From: a virus | Taxonomy: Duplodnaviria; Caudoviricetes | IMG/VR virus record: IMGVR_UViG_3300013121_000027 | Span: 64,001-128,000 of that record | Direction: 5' to 3' (one strand) | Length of the DNA: 64,000 bases | Shown: positions 19,244 through 28,755 of the stretch, piece by piece | Layout of the letters: each line of letters starts with the position of its first letter | Numbering within the stretch: the first letter of the stretch is position 1 | Made by a program: the position numbers and the translations under genes | The notes under the pieces: generated by a model | The model's database searches: none | Told to the model about the DNA's origin: nothing | Seen by the model: only the letters and a program-made list of their open reading frames with translations

Positions 19244-20827
19244 ATGACTACCGATCCTCTGATGCAGTTCAATATGCAGACCACTCCTCAGACTCAGCAA
19301 GCTGATAAGGCTCAGGTCCAGAATAATGCTGGTGGGTTTTCTTTTGAGGTTTCTACCGATCAGCGTCTGCTTCGTTTCTTAATTCTTGGTACTTGGGGCG
19401 GAACTTATTACGTCTCTGAGCAGAAGCTTACTAAGGATTCTTTCGAGAATGTTAAGAAGCTGGTTGACATTGACGGAAAGAAGGTTGTTGATATGGTACT
19501 TGATGTATCGCTCAACAACCGTGCTTATAAGCAGAACCCAACTCTGTTCACTCTCGCTGTAGCTTCTGCCGCTGATGACGTTGAGACTCGTCGCTATGCT
19601 CTTGCCGCTGTAGAAAAGGTATGCCGTACTGGCACCATGTTCTTCCAGTTCCTTGCTTATACTGAGCAGTTCCGTGGCTGGGGTTCCGCTCTTCAGAAGG
19701 CTGCTGCCAATTGGTACACTAATAAGACTCCCGATCAGCTTGCTAATCAGCTTGTCAAGTACCGTCAGCGTGATGGTTGGACTCACCGTGACGTTTTGCG
19801 TCTTGCAAAGCCTAAGATCGCCGCTGACAACCCTATCACGCCAGCTATTCGTTGGACCGTAGGTAAGGATACCGATCCCATTCTGCTTCCAGAGCTGATC
19901 TATGGCTTCCAGGAAGCTCAGAAGGTCACCAATGCTAAGGAGTGGGTGAAGCTTATCGAGCAGTATAAGCTTCCTTGGGAAGCTCTGCCAACCCAGGCTC
20001 TCAATGAGCCTTTGGTTTGGGAAGCTCTTGCTCCCCATATGGGATTGACTGCCTTGATTCGTAATCTTGGTAAGATGAGCGCCTGTGGTGCTCTTGTAAA
20101 CCATAGTGATCTTTCTAAGATTGTCAATGGTCGCCTCAGCGACAAGGAAGCATACCTCAAGGCTCGCGTACATCCAATGCAAGTTCTTCTTGCTCAGAGT
20201 GTTTACTCTGCTGGACGCGGCTTTAAGGGTAATAATACCTGGAATCCAGTTGCAACTGTTGTAGATAATCTTAATGAGGGATTCTATGCTGCATTTGGCA
20301 ACCTTCCAGAAACTGGTAAGCGTCGTATGCTTGCCATTGACGTGTCTGGGTCAATGGGCATGGGCACAATTGCTAATACCTTCTTGACGCCTCGTGATGC
20401 CTCTGCTGCACTTGCTATGGTAGCCCTTCACCAGGATCCGGAAAGCTATACCTTTGGCTTCTCTGGTGGCTTCATTCCTCTTGGCTTGTCCAAGGGTATG
20501 CGCTTGGATTCTGTTATTAAGAAGGTCAATGGTCTTCCTTTTGACAGAACCGATTGTGCTCTGCCTATGGTACACGCAAAGAAGGATCAATTGAAGGTGG
20601 ATTCATTTGAAATCTATACTGACAACGAGACCTGGGCTGGTAAGATTCATCCTCATCAGGCATTGAAGGACTACCGTGCTTGGTCTGGCATCAATTCCAA
20701 GTTTGTTGTAAATGGTATGGTCGCAAACAACTTTACTGTTGCCGATCCTAAGGATCCAGGATCGATCGACGTAGTTGGTTTCGATGCCTCTACCCCAAGC
20801 ATGGTATCAGATTTCATTTGCCAATAA
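19244..20827 (+). CDS. rsr: Ro60/TROVE-domain RNA-binding protein
   Basis: QVQNNAGGFSF, LLRFLILGTWGGTYY, KYRQRDGWTHRDVLRLAKP, ALIRNLGKM, vWA DVSGSM, YTDNETW, VVGFDA; SD AAGGAG. Confidence 0.96.
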   Translation: MTTDPLMQFNMQTTPQTQQADKAQVQNNAGGFSFEVSTDQRLLRFLILGTWGGTYYVSEQKLTKDSFENVKKLVDIDGKKVVDMVLDVSLNNRAYKQNPTLFTLAVASAADDVETRRYALAAVEKVCRTGTMFFQFLAYTEQFRGWGSALQKAAANWYTNKTPDQLANQLVKYRQRDGWTHRDVLRLAKPKIAADNPITPAIRWTVGKDTDPILLPELIYGFQEAQKVTNAKEWVKLIEQYKLPWEALPTQALNEPLVWEALAPHMGLTALIRNLGKMSACGALVNHSDLSKIVNGRLSDKEAYLKARVHPMQVLLAQSVYSAGRGFKGNNTWNPVATVVDNLNEGFYAAFGNLPETGKRRMLAIDVSGSMGMGTIANTFLTPRDASAALAMVALHQDPESYTFGFSGGFIPLGLSKGMRLDSVIKKVNGLPFDRTDCALPMVHAKKDQLKVDSFEIYTDNETWAGKIHPHQALKDYRAWSGINSKFVVNGMVANNFTVADPKDPGSIDVVGFDASTPSMVSDFICQ

Positions 20828-20831
20828 TAGA

Positions 20832-20964
20832 TTTCCTGTAGTAGACTTAACAGAACGATCAATAAGCTCAAAGTCCTTCGATTAGTCGAGCCTTATCTCT
20901 CTGAAAATGGCGGAGAGGAGCGAAGTTGTGTGGTGAAGAATCGGAATTCCACACCTACAGGAAA
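20832..20964 (+). ncRNA. unclassified tRNA-shaped structured RNA directly after Ro60
   Basis: TTTCCTGTAG/CTACAGGAAA closing stem; GACTT/AAGTC, CTTCG/CGAAG, GTGTGG/CCACAC arms. Confidence 0.55.
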
Positions 20965-20972
20965 CTTTTATT

Positions 20973-21728
20973 ATGACAAGAATCTTACTCGCAGGCGATA
21001 TACACGCCTCTCATTATCAAATAAAACTTTTAATTGAGAAAGCGCAACAATCTCATTGTACTCATATCATAGCCCTTGGGGATTTTGGATTTTTCCCTGG
21101 CAATAGATACTTTAATGATTTCTTATCTAAAGTGAATTATATGGTTTGTGATGCGGGAATTCATTTCTGGTGGCTTGATGGGAACCATGAAAATCACGAC
21201 GCCTTAGATGTGATGACACAGGGTAGAAACGATCAGATGTTCATCACCTCTTATAATGGAACCAGTTATAGTAATATTTATTATCTCCCAAGAGGATATA
21301 GATTTGAACTTGACGATGTAAAATTTATGTCATATGGTGGAGCTTATTCCGTTGATAAAGATGGACGTACGCAAGGCTTTGATTGGTTCCCGCAGGAAGA
21401 ACCTGATATCGCACATATCTCTAATCTTTCAGACGATCCAGTTGATATTTTACTCACTCATGACATACCTTATGACGATGCTTTTGTTTATCATAATGAA
21501 AGCATTAGTCAACTTGAACACGGAATAAAAAGTCAAAAAATTAGAAAAAGACTTTTATATTTGGCGCAAAAAATAACACCACGATATTGCTTCGGAGGTC
21601 ATCATCATCGTAGAGTTACCTATAATATACTCCATCGTAAAGGCGTTGCAGAGTGCCACATTCTTAGTTGTGGTGGGAATGGTAATGATTCTTGGTTTAT
21701 TCTTGACACGGAAAAAATAAATAAGTAA
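20973..21728 (+). CDS. calcineurin-like metallophosphoesterase
   Basis: GDIH, LGDFG, DGNHEN, LLTHD, GHHH. Confidence 0.92.
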   Translation: MTRILLAGDIHASHYQIKLLIEKAQQSHCTHIIALGDFGFFPGNRYFNDFLSKVNYMVCDAGIHFWWLDGNHENHDALDVMTQGRNDQMFITSYNGTSYSNIYYLPRGYRFELDDVKFMSYGGAYSVDKDGRTQGFDWFPQEEPDIAHISNLSDDPVDILLTHDIPYDDAFVYHNESISQLEHGIKSQKIRKRLLYLAQKITPRYCFGGHHHRRVTYNILHRKGVAECHILSCGGNGNDSWFILDTEKINK

Positions 21729-21756
21729 TTATTATACTCATTAAGGATACAATAAT

Positions 21757-22791
21757 ATGTCTGTTGCGACAGAAGAACTTACAATTGAAAAAATAAGTAA
21801 TTTGACTAAGGAAAAGATTAAGCCATTGAGAGACATTGGTTTGATGGCTCTTCCTTATGCTCATGGACCTCTTGGTAAGAATATCTTTACGATGGCATTG
21901 GATCAAGATTCTGAAGTCTTGAGATTCTGGACTGGTACTGCGGATCTTAAGGTGGTTGATACGACTACTGAACCGAAGAAGCAAGCCGTTATTAGGGTTG
22001 TTGAATCTGGACATACTTTAACTTTTAAATGTCTTGTTCGTCGTGGAACAATCAATTATGCACAAATCGATACCACACAACAAAACATTATAGATCGTGC
22101 ACAAAAAATTACTCCTGGTCTTTTACAGCGACTCATCAATACAACTCTTCCTCCTAAAACTATTTTTAAAGTAGCGAATGCAAAAACAGTTTTGACTAAC
22201 CGAGGCAACTTCCATGATGTTGAGGTTGGTGAAAGATTTGATTGCTATATCACCATTGAAGCTACTGTTCCTGCTTTTGACGATTCTTTTTTGATTGGTT
22301 ATGATGAGCAGAAATGCTTTATTTCTCAACTTCCAGTTCATGTCAATAAGGTTAAGGATGCTTATAAAGTTCTTCGTCCTGAAGGAGTAAGCCCTAAGGC
22401 TTTACGCCAAGGTGAATGGTTCTTTAATCCAATAAAAGATCCTGCTCTTATCGCTAAGTTGAATAAGATTGAAGAGAAACAAGCTCCTGCAGCAGATAGA
22501 AGAGGCTTAACTGGGCTCGATACTATGTTTGCTCGCGATTACTATGTTAAACTTCGCAACAAACTTGGAACACAGCACGTAACCCCCTCCTCTATACTTC
22601 GTTCTTTAGCAAGAGGATCTTCGCATCATGCCAACTACATTGATCATGCTGGTAAGAGATATGTAAAGGGTTCTGTTGTGGATTCTCGCAAAGCACGTCA
22701 TGCTCCATTAGAAATAAAGACCTGGCATGAAGTAATACGTAATCTTGAGAAGGTAATGCCAGTGACTGCTCGCCCCCGTAGATGGGATTAA
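21757..22791 (+). CDS. conserved phage hypothetical protein
   Basis: 344 aa ORF with RQGEWFF and His motifs. Confidence 0.6.
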   Translation: MSVATEELTIEKISNLTKEKIKPLRDIGLMALPYAHGPLGKNIFTMALDQDSEVLRFWTGTADLKVVDTTTEPKKQAVIRVVESGHTLTFKCLVRRGTINYAQIDTTQQNIIDRAQKITPGLLQRLINTTLPPKTIFKVANAKTVLTNRGNFHDVEVGERFDCYITIEATVPAFDDSFLIGYDEQKCFISQLPVHVNKVKDAYKVLRPEGVSPKALRQGEWFFNPIKDPALIAKLNKIEEKQAPAADRRGLTGLDTMFARDYYVKLRNKLGTQHVTPSSILRSLARGSSHHANYIDHAGKRYVKGSVVDSRKARHAPLEIKTWHEVIRNLEKVMPVTARPRRWD

Positions 22792-23037
22792 TAAGTAGAC
22801 ATAATGGATATAGTTGTCTATACTATAATGTGGTGGGGCGGATATGATGAACCTGCAGTTTTTATGTCCGCCGATCCACAACAGATAAAGAAAAAATATG
22901 ACGAGTGGAATGAACTTATGAGTGATGAGGATCTTGTTTCTATTTATTTATGGAGCAAGAATCTTCCCACTTCTGAATATTCTCCCACTCAAATAGATAT
23001 AGAAGATCTAATAGATATAGAATAACTATAAAGGTTT

Positions 23038-23116
23038 GCCTCAGTATCGGTCCGGGTTTCTACCCCGTCATTAACACCGTAATTGGAGTATGCAGGTTCG
23101 AATCCTGTCTGAGGTA
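23038..23116 (+). tRNA. atypical tRNA-like RNA lacking a D-arm (loop TTTCTAC, Arg-TCT?)
   Basis: GCCTCAG/CTGAGGT acceptor, T-arm GCAGG-TTCGAAT-CCTGT, CGGG/CCCG arm. Confidence 0.55.
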
Positions 23117-23531
23117 CTAAGTGAAAGGTGAAATTATGCAACCAATATCAGAAGATTTCGCAGCAGCCATTTTTACTAAAGCTATTAAAGAGCATAAAGC
23201 AGCTGAACTATTAGAATTGTTATTCGAAGGTGGTTCAGTTACACTTGATCACAATACTGGAGATTTAGTTATGATCTCCGCCGACCTACTTGATGACATA
23301 TTGAAAGGATATTAATGTCAACAGTTCCTGATCTTTTAGAAAATGCATTAAAAACAATAGATACAATGCTTGCGGATTTTAGTCATACCTCAATTGCTTC
23401 TACTTCACAAGTAAATGATGGTCTATTAGATCTACGTCTTACTATTGTTCAAGTACAAAATTTAAGAGATCAGGAAATTGATTTCGCACTTGATAATGTT
23501 GCAGAAGCGACACCATCTATAGTGTAATTTG

Positions 23532-23615
23532 GGAGAGATGACCGAGCGGACTAAGGTGATTGTCTTGAAAACAATTGGGTTAATAGCCCCGTGGGTTCGA
23601 ATCCTACTCTCTCCG
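23532..23615 (+). tRNA. tRNA-Ser(TGA)
   Basis: GGAGAGA/TCTCTCC, ATTGT-CTTGAAA-ACAAT, long variable arm. Confidence 0.93.
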
Positions 23616-23627
23616 CGAAAGTTCTGC

Positions 23628-23783
23628 TGACATACCAGAGCTAATTTATATCACTAAGGGTTTGTGTGACAATGAGAGCTTGTTACGCCAAGGAAAAGGA
23701 CCGTTCTTATTAGTGGTATATCTAAATGGGAACGGTGGTTTTAACCACTCCAGGTATATCCTGGAGACCCACCAAGTATGTTA
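23628..23783 (+). ncRNA. putative structured RNA between tRNA-Ser and tRNA-Gly
   Basis: TGACATAC/GTATGTTA closing stem plus several internal helices. Confidence 0.45.
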
Positions 23784-23786
23784 TTT

Positions 23787-23862
23787 GCGGATATGATGTT
23801 TAACGGCAGCATGAAACTCTTCCAAAGTTTTCGTGTCGGTTCGAATCCGACTATCCGCTCCA
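23787..23862 (+). tRNA. tRNA-Gly(TCC)
   Basis: GCGGATA/TATCCGC, AAACT-CTTCCAA-AGTTT, CCA. Confidence 0.93.
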
Positions 23863-24397
23863 TGTCAAAGACTCCAGATACAATTTTATTAATTGCAGAA
23901 GACATACAAGATATAATAAGTAAATAATTATGGAGATGACTAATATGAACACGTCAACAGATGACATTCTCATAGAAGAAATCCATCAACTTAATGTCCT
24001 TTTATCCGACTTAGCTAAAGCTTTAATAACTGCAAGAAATTCTCCACCTGAACTTATTAATATTGTTCATCAAAAACTAAAGGGACAAAATGTTCCTTTC
24101 ACTATTAAAGAAATAATACAACAAGTTGATGATGAAATAGATTTTGTTAAACTTCATCGTTCAGATTTTTTAGAAGCTTATGGTATACATGGTATAGAAG
24201 ATAAAGACCTATTTTAGAAGGTGATTGAAATGGCAATAGTTAAATACATTATTCCGGCAGCACACATAGTTGTATCTTGTGAAGAAGGTACAGATGTAAC
24301 TCAGGCATTAGGGGACCTATTATATGTTGGTGCTGAATGGGATGATGAGAAAACTAAGTTTCAAGTATTAGAACTCGATACTAAAAATATTTTTCCA

Positions 24398-24550
24398 TCA
24401 ATCTAATTGATCCTTCTGGCGAATTACTATTCCAATTCCAGTAGGCAGATCATAGCTAATAAGCCGCCAACCATAATCCCCAAGTTCGTTTAGCTTATCT
24501 GATAATTTAAATGATTCGCAGATAAAGACTGTATATTCCCATCGTATCAT
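24398..24550 (-). CDS. DUF4177-like small protein (50 aa, not in ORF track)
   Basis: MIRWEYTVF...LNELGDYGWRLIS. Confidence 0.65.
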   Translation of the reverse strand: MIRWEYTVFICESFKLSDKLNELGDYGWRLISYDLPTGIGIVIRQKDQLD

Positions 24551-24874
24551 AATCTTCTATAGTACTCCTGAATTATAAAGAAAACCTATGGCTAAGAAAT
24601 CTTCTAATACTGTATATTGTTTGCTTACAATCGGCACAAGACCTGATGGCTCAACCTTTAAACATACATCTAAACTCTATTCAACTCTAAATTATATTTA
24701 TGGATATTATCGTAGATATGCAACCTATGAAGAAAAAAATAGACAACAGGATATAGAATTAAATCGTACTGATAGAATACGGTATGAATATGTTCTATTA
24801 AAAGCCGATTTAAATTGGGTTAACGCAGAAGATCCTGTTCAACAAAAATTGTTTAGTTAATATAAGGATTTTTA

Positions 24875-25192
24875 ATGCCAATAGAATTACAACCTGATGC
24901 TCTTACAAAATTAGAACCTGGCGCTCTTAGGGTTTGGTGGATCCCCCAAATTCCAATGGAATCTTTTTACGTTAGAGTTTTAAACTTACGTGAAGCATTT
25001 CTTCTTGAAATTACTCTTGCCAGTTATGACAACTTTCAATTCATAAATAATATTAAACCCCATTATTCCAATGCGGGTGGAACTCAACGTTGGGAAGAAA
25101 ATGGTGAAGGTGGTTACGGTTGGTTTGATGTAGATTGGGAATATGAAGTTGATCAAGGTAATGTTATTTTGGATGATACAACCTTACAGTAG
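24875..25192 (+). CDS. phage superinfection-exclusion-family protein
   Basis: LRVWWIPQIPM..F.V.V...EA...L..YD.FQF.NNIKP.YSNAGG. Confidence 0.65.
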   Translation: MPIELQPDALTKLEPGALRVWWIPQIPMESFYVRVLNLREAFLLEITLASYDNFQFINNIKPHYSNAGGTQRWEENGEGGYGWFDVDWEYEVDQGNVILDDTTLQ

Positions 25193-25439
25193 TAGTCAAA
25201 GTGGTTAGGGAAACATGAATATTTATATTCTTTTTTATGGCTCATATTATTATCCAAAGGGAGGATGGAAAGATTTAGCCCTAAAATGGAATGCGTTTGG
25301 TTCATTAAATTTGATGAGAAAACGTGCAAAAATAGCATTTGAAAACAATCCCCGTCTTGACTGGTATCATATAGTTTCATTTGGTTTAACAAGGTTTCCT
25401 GCTGAAATCATAGAAGAAGGCAGCAGAGAAGATTTGGGG

Positions 25440-25958
25440 CTATAGCTCAATTGGTAGAGCACTTGCTTTGCAAGTGAAGCGACCCGATTTTGTTAAAAAA
25501 TGTCGCTCTTCGTGACATGTAGGGCATATGCAAACAAGATTATCTACTTTATTATTTGTTCTATCTCTATCTATATGATGAACATGTAGAATTTGTGGTA
25601 TTTTATTGTATCCACAATCTTCACAATAATTTTTTTTTGCAAAACTATAATCTCCACTTCCAGTTCCATAATGTCGTGGCATAATCTCCTTAACTCCACC
25701 AATTCTTTGTGCTAAATCTTTATGATTTCTACAGCAAAAATATAATCCAGACTTTGAATTTTTCTTTTTTGAATTATTCATATAAAATTTTTTATTACAA
25801 TAAGAACAGAACACATTTGGCTCTAATTCTTTTTTATTTTTTCGTTTGAATTTACTAGAACAACTTACAGAGCAAAATTTTCCATGTCCTCTATTTATAT
25901 ATCTTGGTTCTGTTAAGAATTTCTTATTGCATTGTAAACAATTTTTTTCTATTTGCAT
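25440..25958 (-). CDS. HNH homing endonuclease with Zn-finger repeats
   Basis: CEDCG...LHVHHIDRDRTNNKVDNLVCICPTCHEERH; SD GAGGA before MQIEK. Confidence 0.9.
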   Translation of the reverse strand: MQIEKNCLQCNKKFLTEPRYINRGHGKFCSVSCSSKFKRKNKKELEPNVFCSYCNKKFYMNNSKKKNSKSGLYFCCRNHKDLAQRIGGVKEIMPRHYGTGSGDYSFAKKNYCEDCGYNKIPQILHVHHIDRDRTNNKVDNLVCICPTCHEERHFLTKSGRFTCKASALPIEL

Positions 25959-25969
25959 TGGGTCCTCTT

Positions 25970-26041
25970 GGGGGTATAGTATAATCGGCAATACAGTAGC
26001 TTTGCAAGCTTCAGTCCTCGGATCGTAACCGGGTACCTCCA
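25970..26041 (+). tRNA. tRNA-Ala(TGC), divergent, inside the insertion
   Basis: GGGGGTA/TACCTCC with G3:U70, loop TTTGCAA, atypical T-loop ATCGTAA. Confidence 0.75.
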
Positions 26042-26947
26042 CTATAGTAAAGGATTAAGAGGTGAATTGCATGGGGTTCGATCCCCCATAGCTCCACTAT
26101 GGAAACAAATAAAGTAATAACAGAATTTAAATCAGAACGTGAAAAAGAAATAAATATCATGACCAATGCTGTTGCTTGGTTTATTGGTACATATAATATG
26201 GATCCAAAACCACCAGTAATAGATATGAATGATGCCGATACTGAAATGTATTTAGCGGCAGTTACTCGCGCCTATGATATGTTAGAAGCGTATAGGCAAA
26301 CCTCTAAAGAAAATAGGCAAGCAATGATCGCTGAAGATTATAAAAACTTTTTGAAAGAACAAGATAACTATGCGGAAGCGACAGAAACGCAAAATAATAA
26401 ATCGCTTGAATAAATTTCAAGTAAGGGATATGATGGAGAATAAGTTACGCGCAAAACTTATTCAATCAAGTAAAATATATAAAAGAAGCCAAGGTAAAGC
26501 CAAATTTCATGAAGAAGATTAAATGAAGCACTGTTGTTTTTCCGGATGTAACATTCTAACCTGTGGTCATTGCATCCGTGAATGGTGCAGTTGTGCTTAT
26601 TTACCGCCGAAACCAACTACTCCTCCACCTACTATTCAGAATAGAGCAAAACCCCAAATTCCAAGAGTCGATATCTACCAAGCCAGAGTTGGTCCACTTA
26701 TTTACGAATCCGAAGAACAAAGAATTCGCCGTCTTTCAAATGATCATTCTACTTCCCTTGAAGAACAAGTAAATCAAAAATGGGGAAGAGGTATGTTTGA
26801 TTGGACTATAGGTAAAGTTAGAAATAATGAAAAAGATCTTTGGTTTTGGTATTGCGGTGATGGCGAAAATAAGCAATGGAAACATAGTGGTTTAGCTAAT
26901 ACTATAAATGAAGCATTACAAGCAATGATAGATTTACCATAAAACAA

Positions 26948-27028
26948 GCCCACTTGGTGGAATGGCATACACGAATGCCTTAGGAGCATTTGCCGAGAGG
27001 CATGCGAGTTCGACTCTCGCAGTGGGCA
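26948..27028 (+). tRNA. tRNA-Leu(TAG)
   Basis: GCCCACT/AGTGGGC, AATGC-CTTAGGA-GCATT, long variable arm. Confidence 0.93.
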
Positions 27029-28108
27029 CTATGCAAGTAACAAAGACGTATAACTTATTAAACCTTAATGATGATGAGGTTAGATTTTTAATTCATACAC
27101 TGGATAATTCTGGTCCCTATCCTACAGGATCACCACAAGAATTGTTGCATGCGAAAATGCACAATCAACTAATTTCTACTTATCAAGGTGAAGATGTGCC
27201 CAATTTGTGATGGATGAATGTGAGCATATTCTTGAGTATTACGATGATGAATACGATTCATTAGCAAATGGTGGATCGTATGAAATTTATAAATGTAAAA
27301 ATTGTGGGAAGTGTGAATATTCCCAACTTCCAGATTGAGGATTTATGTTAGACTTAGAAGTAATTCAAACTGATGACGTCCCTAAAGATGCAATTGAATG
27401 GTTAAATAAAGGTTATACTTTAAATACTGTATTTCTTTCTATTTCTGGACCAAATCAATTAACTGGATTTTATAATGGAGAGTTAGTTTGCGCCGAAGCA
27501 TATAAGTATGATTATTTAGAATGCCCATCTTATTATGCGTATTATAATAAATCAAAAGAATACTATCTATCCCGTACTTTAAGTGGCGTACCACGTCAAT
27601 ATCGTTCAGGTGCGAAAAAAGTTGATTTTAGAGTTAAAACTTTTGCAACTAAAAATGAGATAAGCGAGTTTGCAGTTCGCCAAAAACTTCTTTCCTCTAC
27701 TGTAATAACTAAAATTAAGGGTGGATTATCTTCTTTATTTGAAGGTCCCACTACTACTTATAAAACTACGGTATAATAATGTTAATATCAGAAGTTATAA
27801 AGAAATTAGAAATAATTCAATTTCAACTTGGTGATGTACAAGTCTTTATGGGTTCATATTATCAAGATCTTCCAGTCGAAGATATAATTGTTGAAGATAA
27901 CTATCCTCTTATTTTAAATAAAGAACATATGTTTCCTCAATATAAAAATCCTAATCCAACTGAAACTCTTGATTCTCTTGAAGTATTTTTTGCTTTTGAA
28001 TGTCCCAATTGTAATTCTCCAGTTGATGGACCATACAATGAGAATGTAGTCTGTGGGGAATGTAATTGCAAGTTTTTAGTTCCACATCCTTCAACAATTA
28101 ATTATTAA

Positions 28109-28182
28109 GCCTCCATAGGCAAACTGGCAAAGCCGCGATACTCAAGATATCGTGTCTCTGAGTTCGACTCTCAGTGGAGGTA
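28109..28182 (+). tRNA. tRNA-Leu(CAA) with short variable loop
   Basis: GCCTCCA/TGGAGGT, CGATA-CTCAAGA-TATCG. Confidence 0.85.
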
Positions 28183-28496
28183 CTTATGGCACAAGATCAA
28201 GAAATTCCCCAGCACCTAAATTATATAGAATCTAAACGTGGATTTAAACTTTATCCATATATTGCCGGTAGATACGAAGGAACTGCTATTAGATTGTCTG
28301 AATCTAATATACCAGATCCTCCTGGATGTTTAATATCCCTTTCTTCTTTAAATAAGTTAGCAGACTCGTTTGGATTGACCAGTAACCCAGAAGACATTAA
28401 CGCAGTAGTTGTGATAATGGATATGGATGATGCTGTTAAATTTGCGGAGCAGATTTTAGATTTGCGCAACAATCACAGTTACTATAATAAACTCCT

Positions 28497-28747
28497 ATGA
28501 CAATAAAACAAAAATATAAAACAATTACAGTTTTTGATATCGTCAATTCTAAAGGCGATAAAATTACATTAACTGCGGACGAATTTTTGTCGACTTGGTT
28601 TCTTTAGTAAAAGATGCGGACTGGGCTACCGTCAATCAAGTTCAAACACAAATTTATGAAGAGATTCAACAACGCATAGTTGCCAATCGAAAGAGAGAGC
28701 AACTCGAATACGACGCAAGGGAAGCAAGAAATAACACACCTGGTTAG
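28497..28747 (+). pseudogene. frameshifted small gene
   Basis: coupled ATG at 28497; coding-like sequence continues in -1 frame after T5 run at 28584-28588. Confidence 0.5.
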
Positions 28748-28755
28748 GAGCAACT

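Larger units (their letters stand above)
25436..26096 (+). pseudogene. tRNA-Ala(TGC) split by an HNH + tRNA insertion
   Basis: 5' half 25436-~25478 (GGGGCTA, D-arm, TTTGCAA); 3' half 26057-26096 (TGGGG-TTCGATC-CCCCA-TAGCTCCA). Confidence 0.75.

Noticed and set aside
19379-20182. 267-aa antisense ORF inside Ro60, and similar antisense ORFs in the AAA, ThiF and dnaE genes
   Set aside because: Shadow frames of strongly codon-biased genes.
25479-26056. Group I intron in tRNA-Ala
   Set aside because: The insert is fully occupied by an antisense HNH ORF and a tRNA; no room for, or sign of, a ribozyme core.
26962-27030. ORF-track starts inside tRNAs (18119, 26962, 28174, 33038, and 26042 on - strand)
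   Set aside because: The extensions overlap tRNA genes; better starts are 18155, 27031, 28186, 33065 and 25958.
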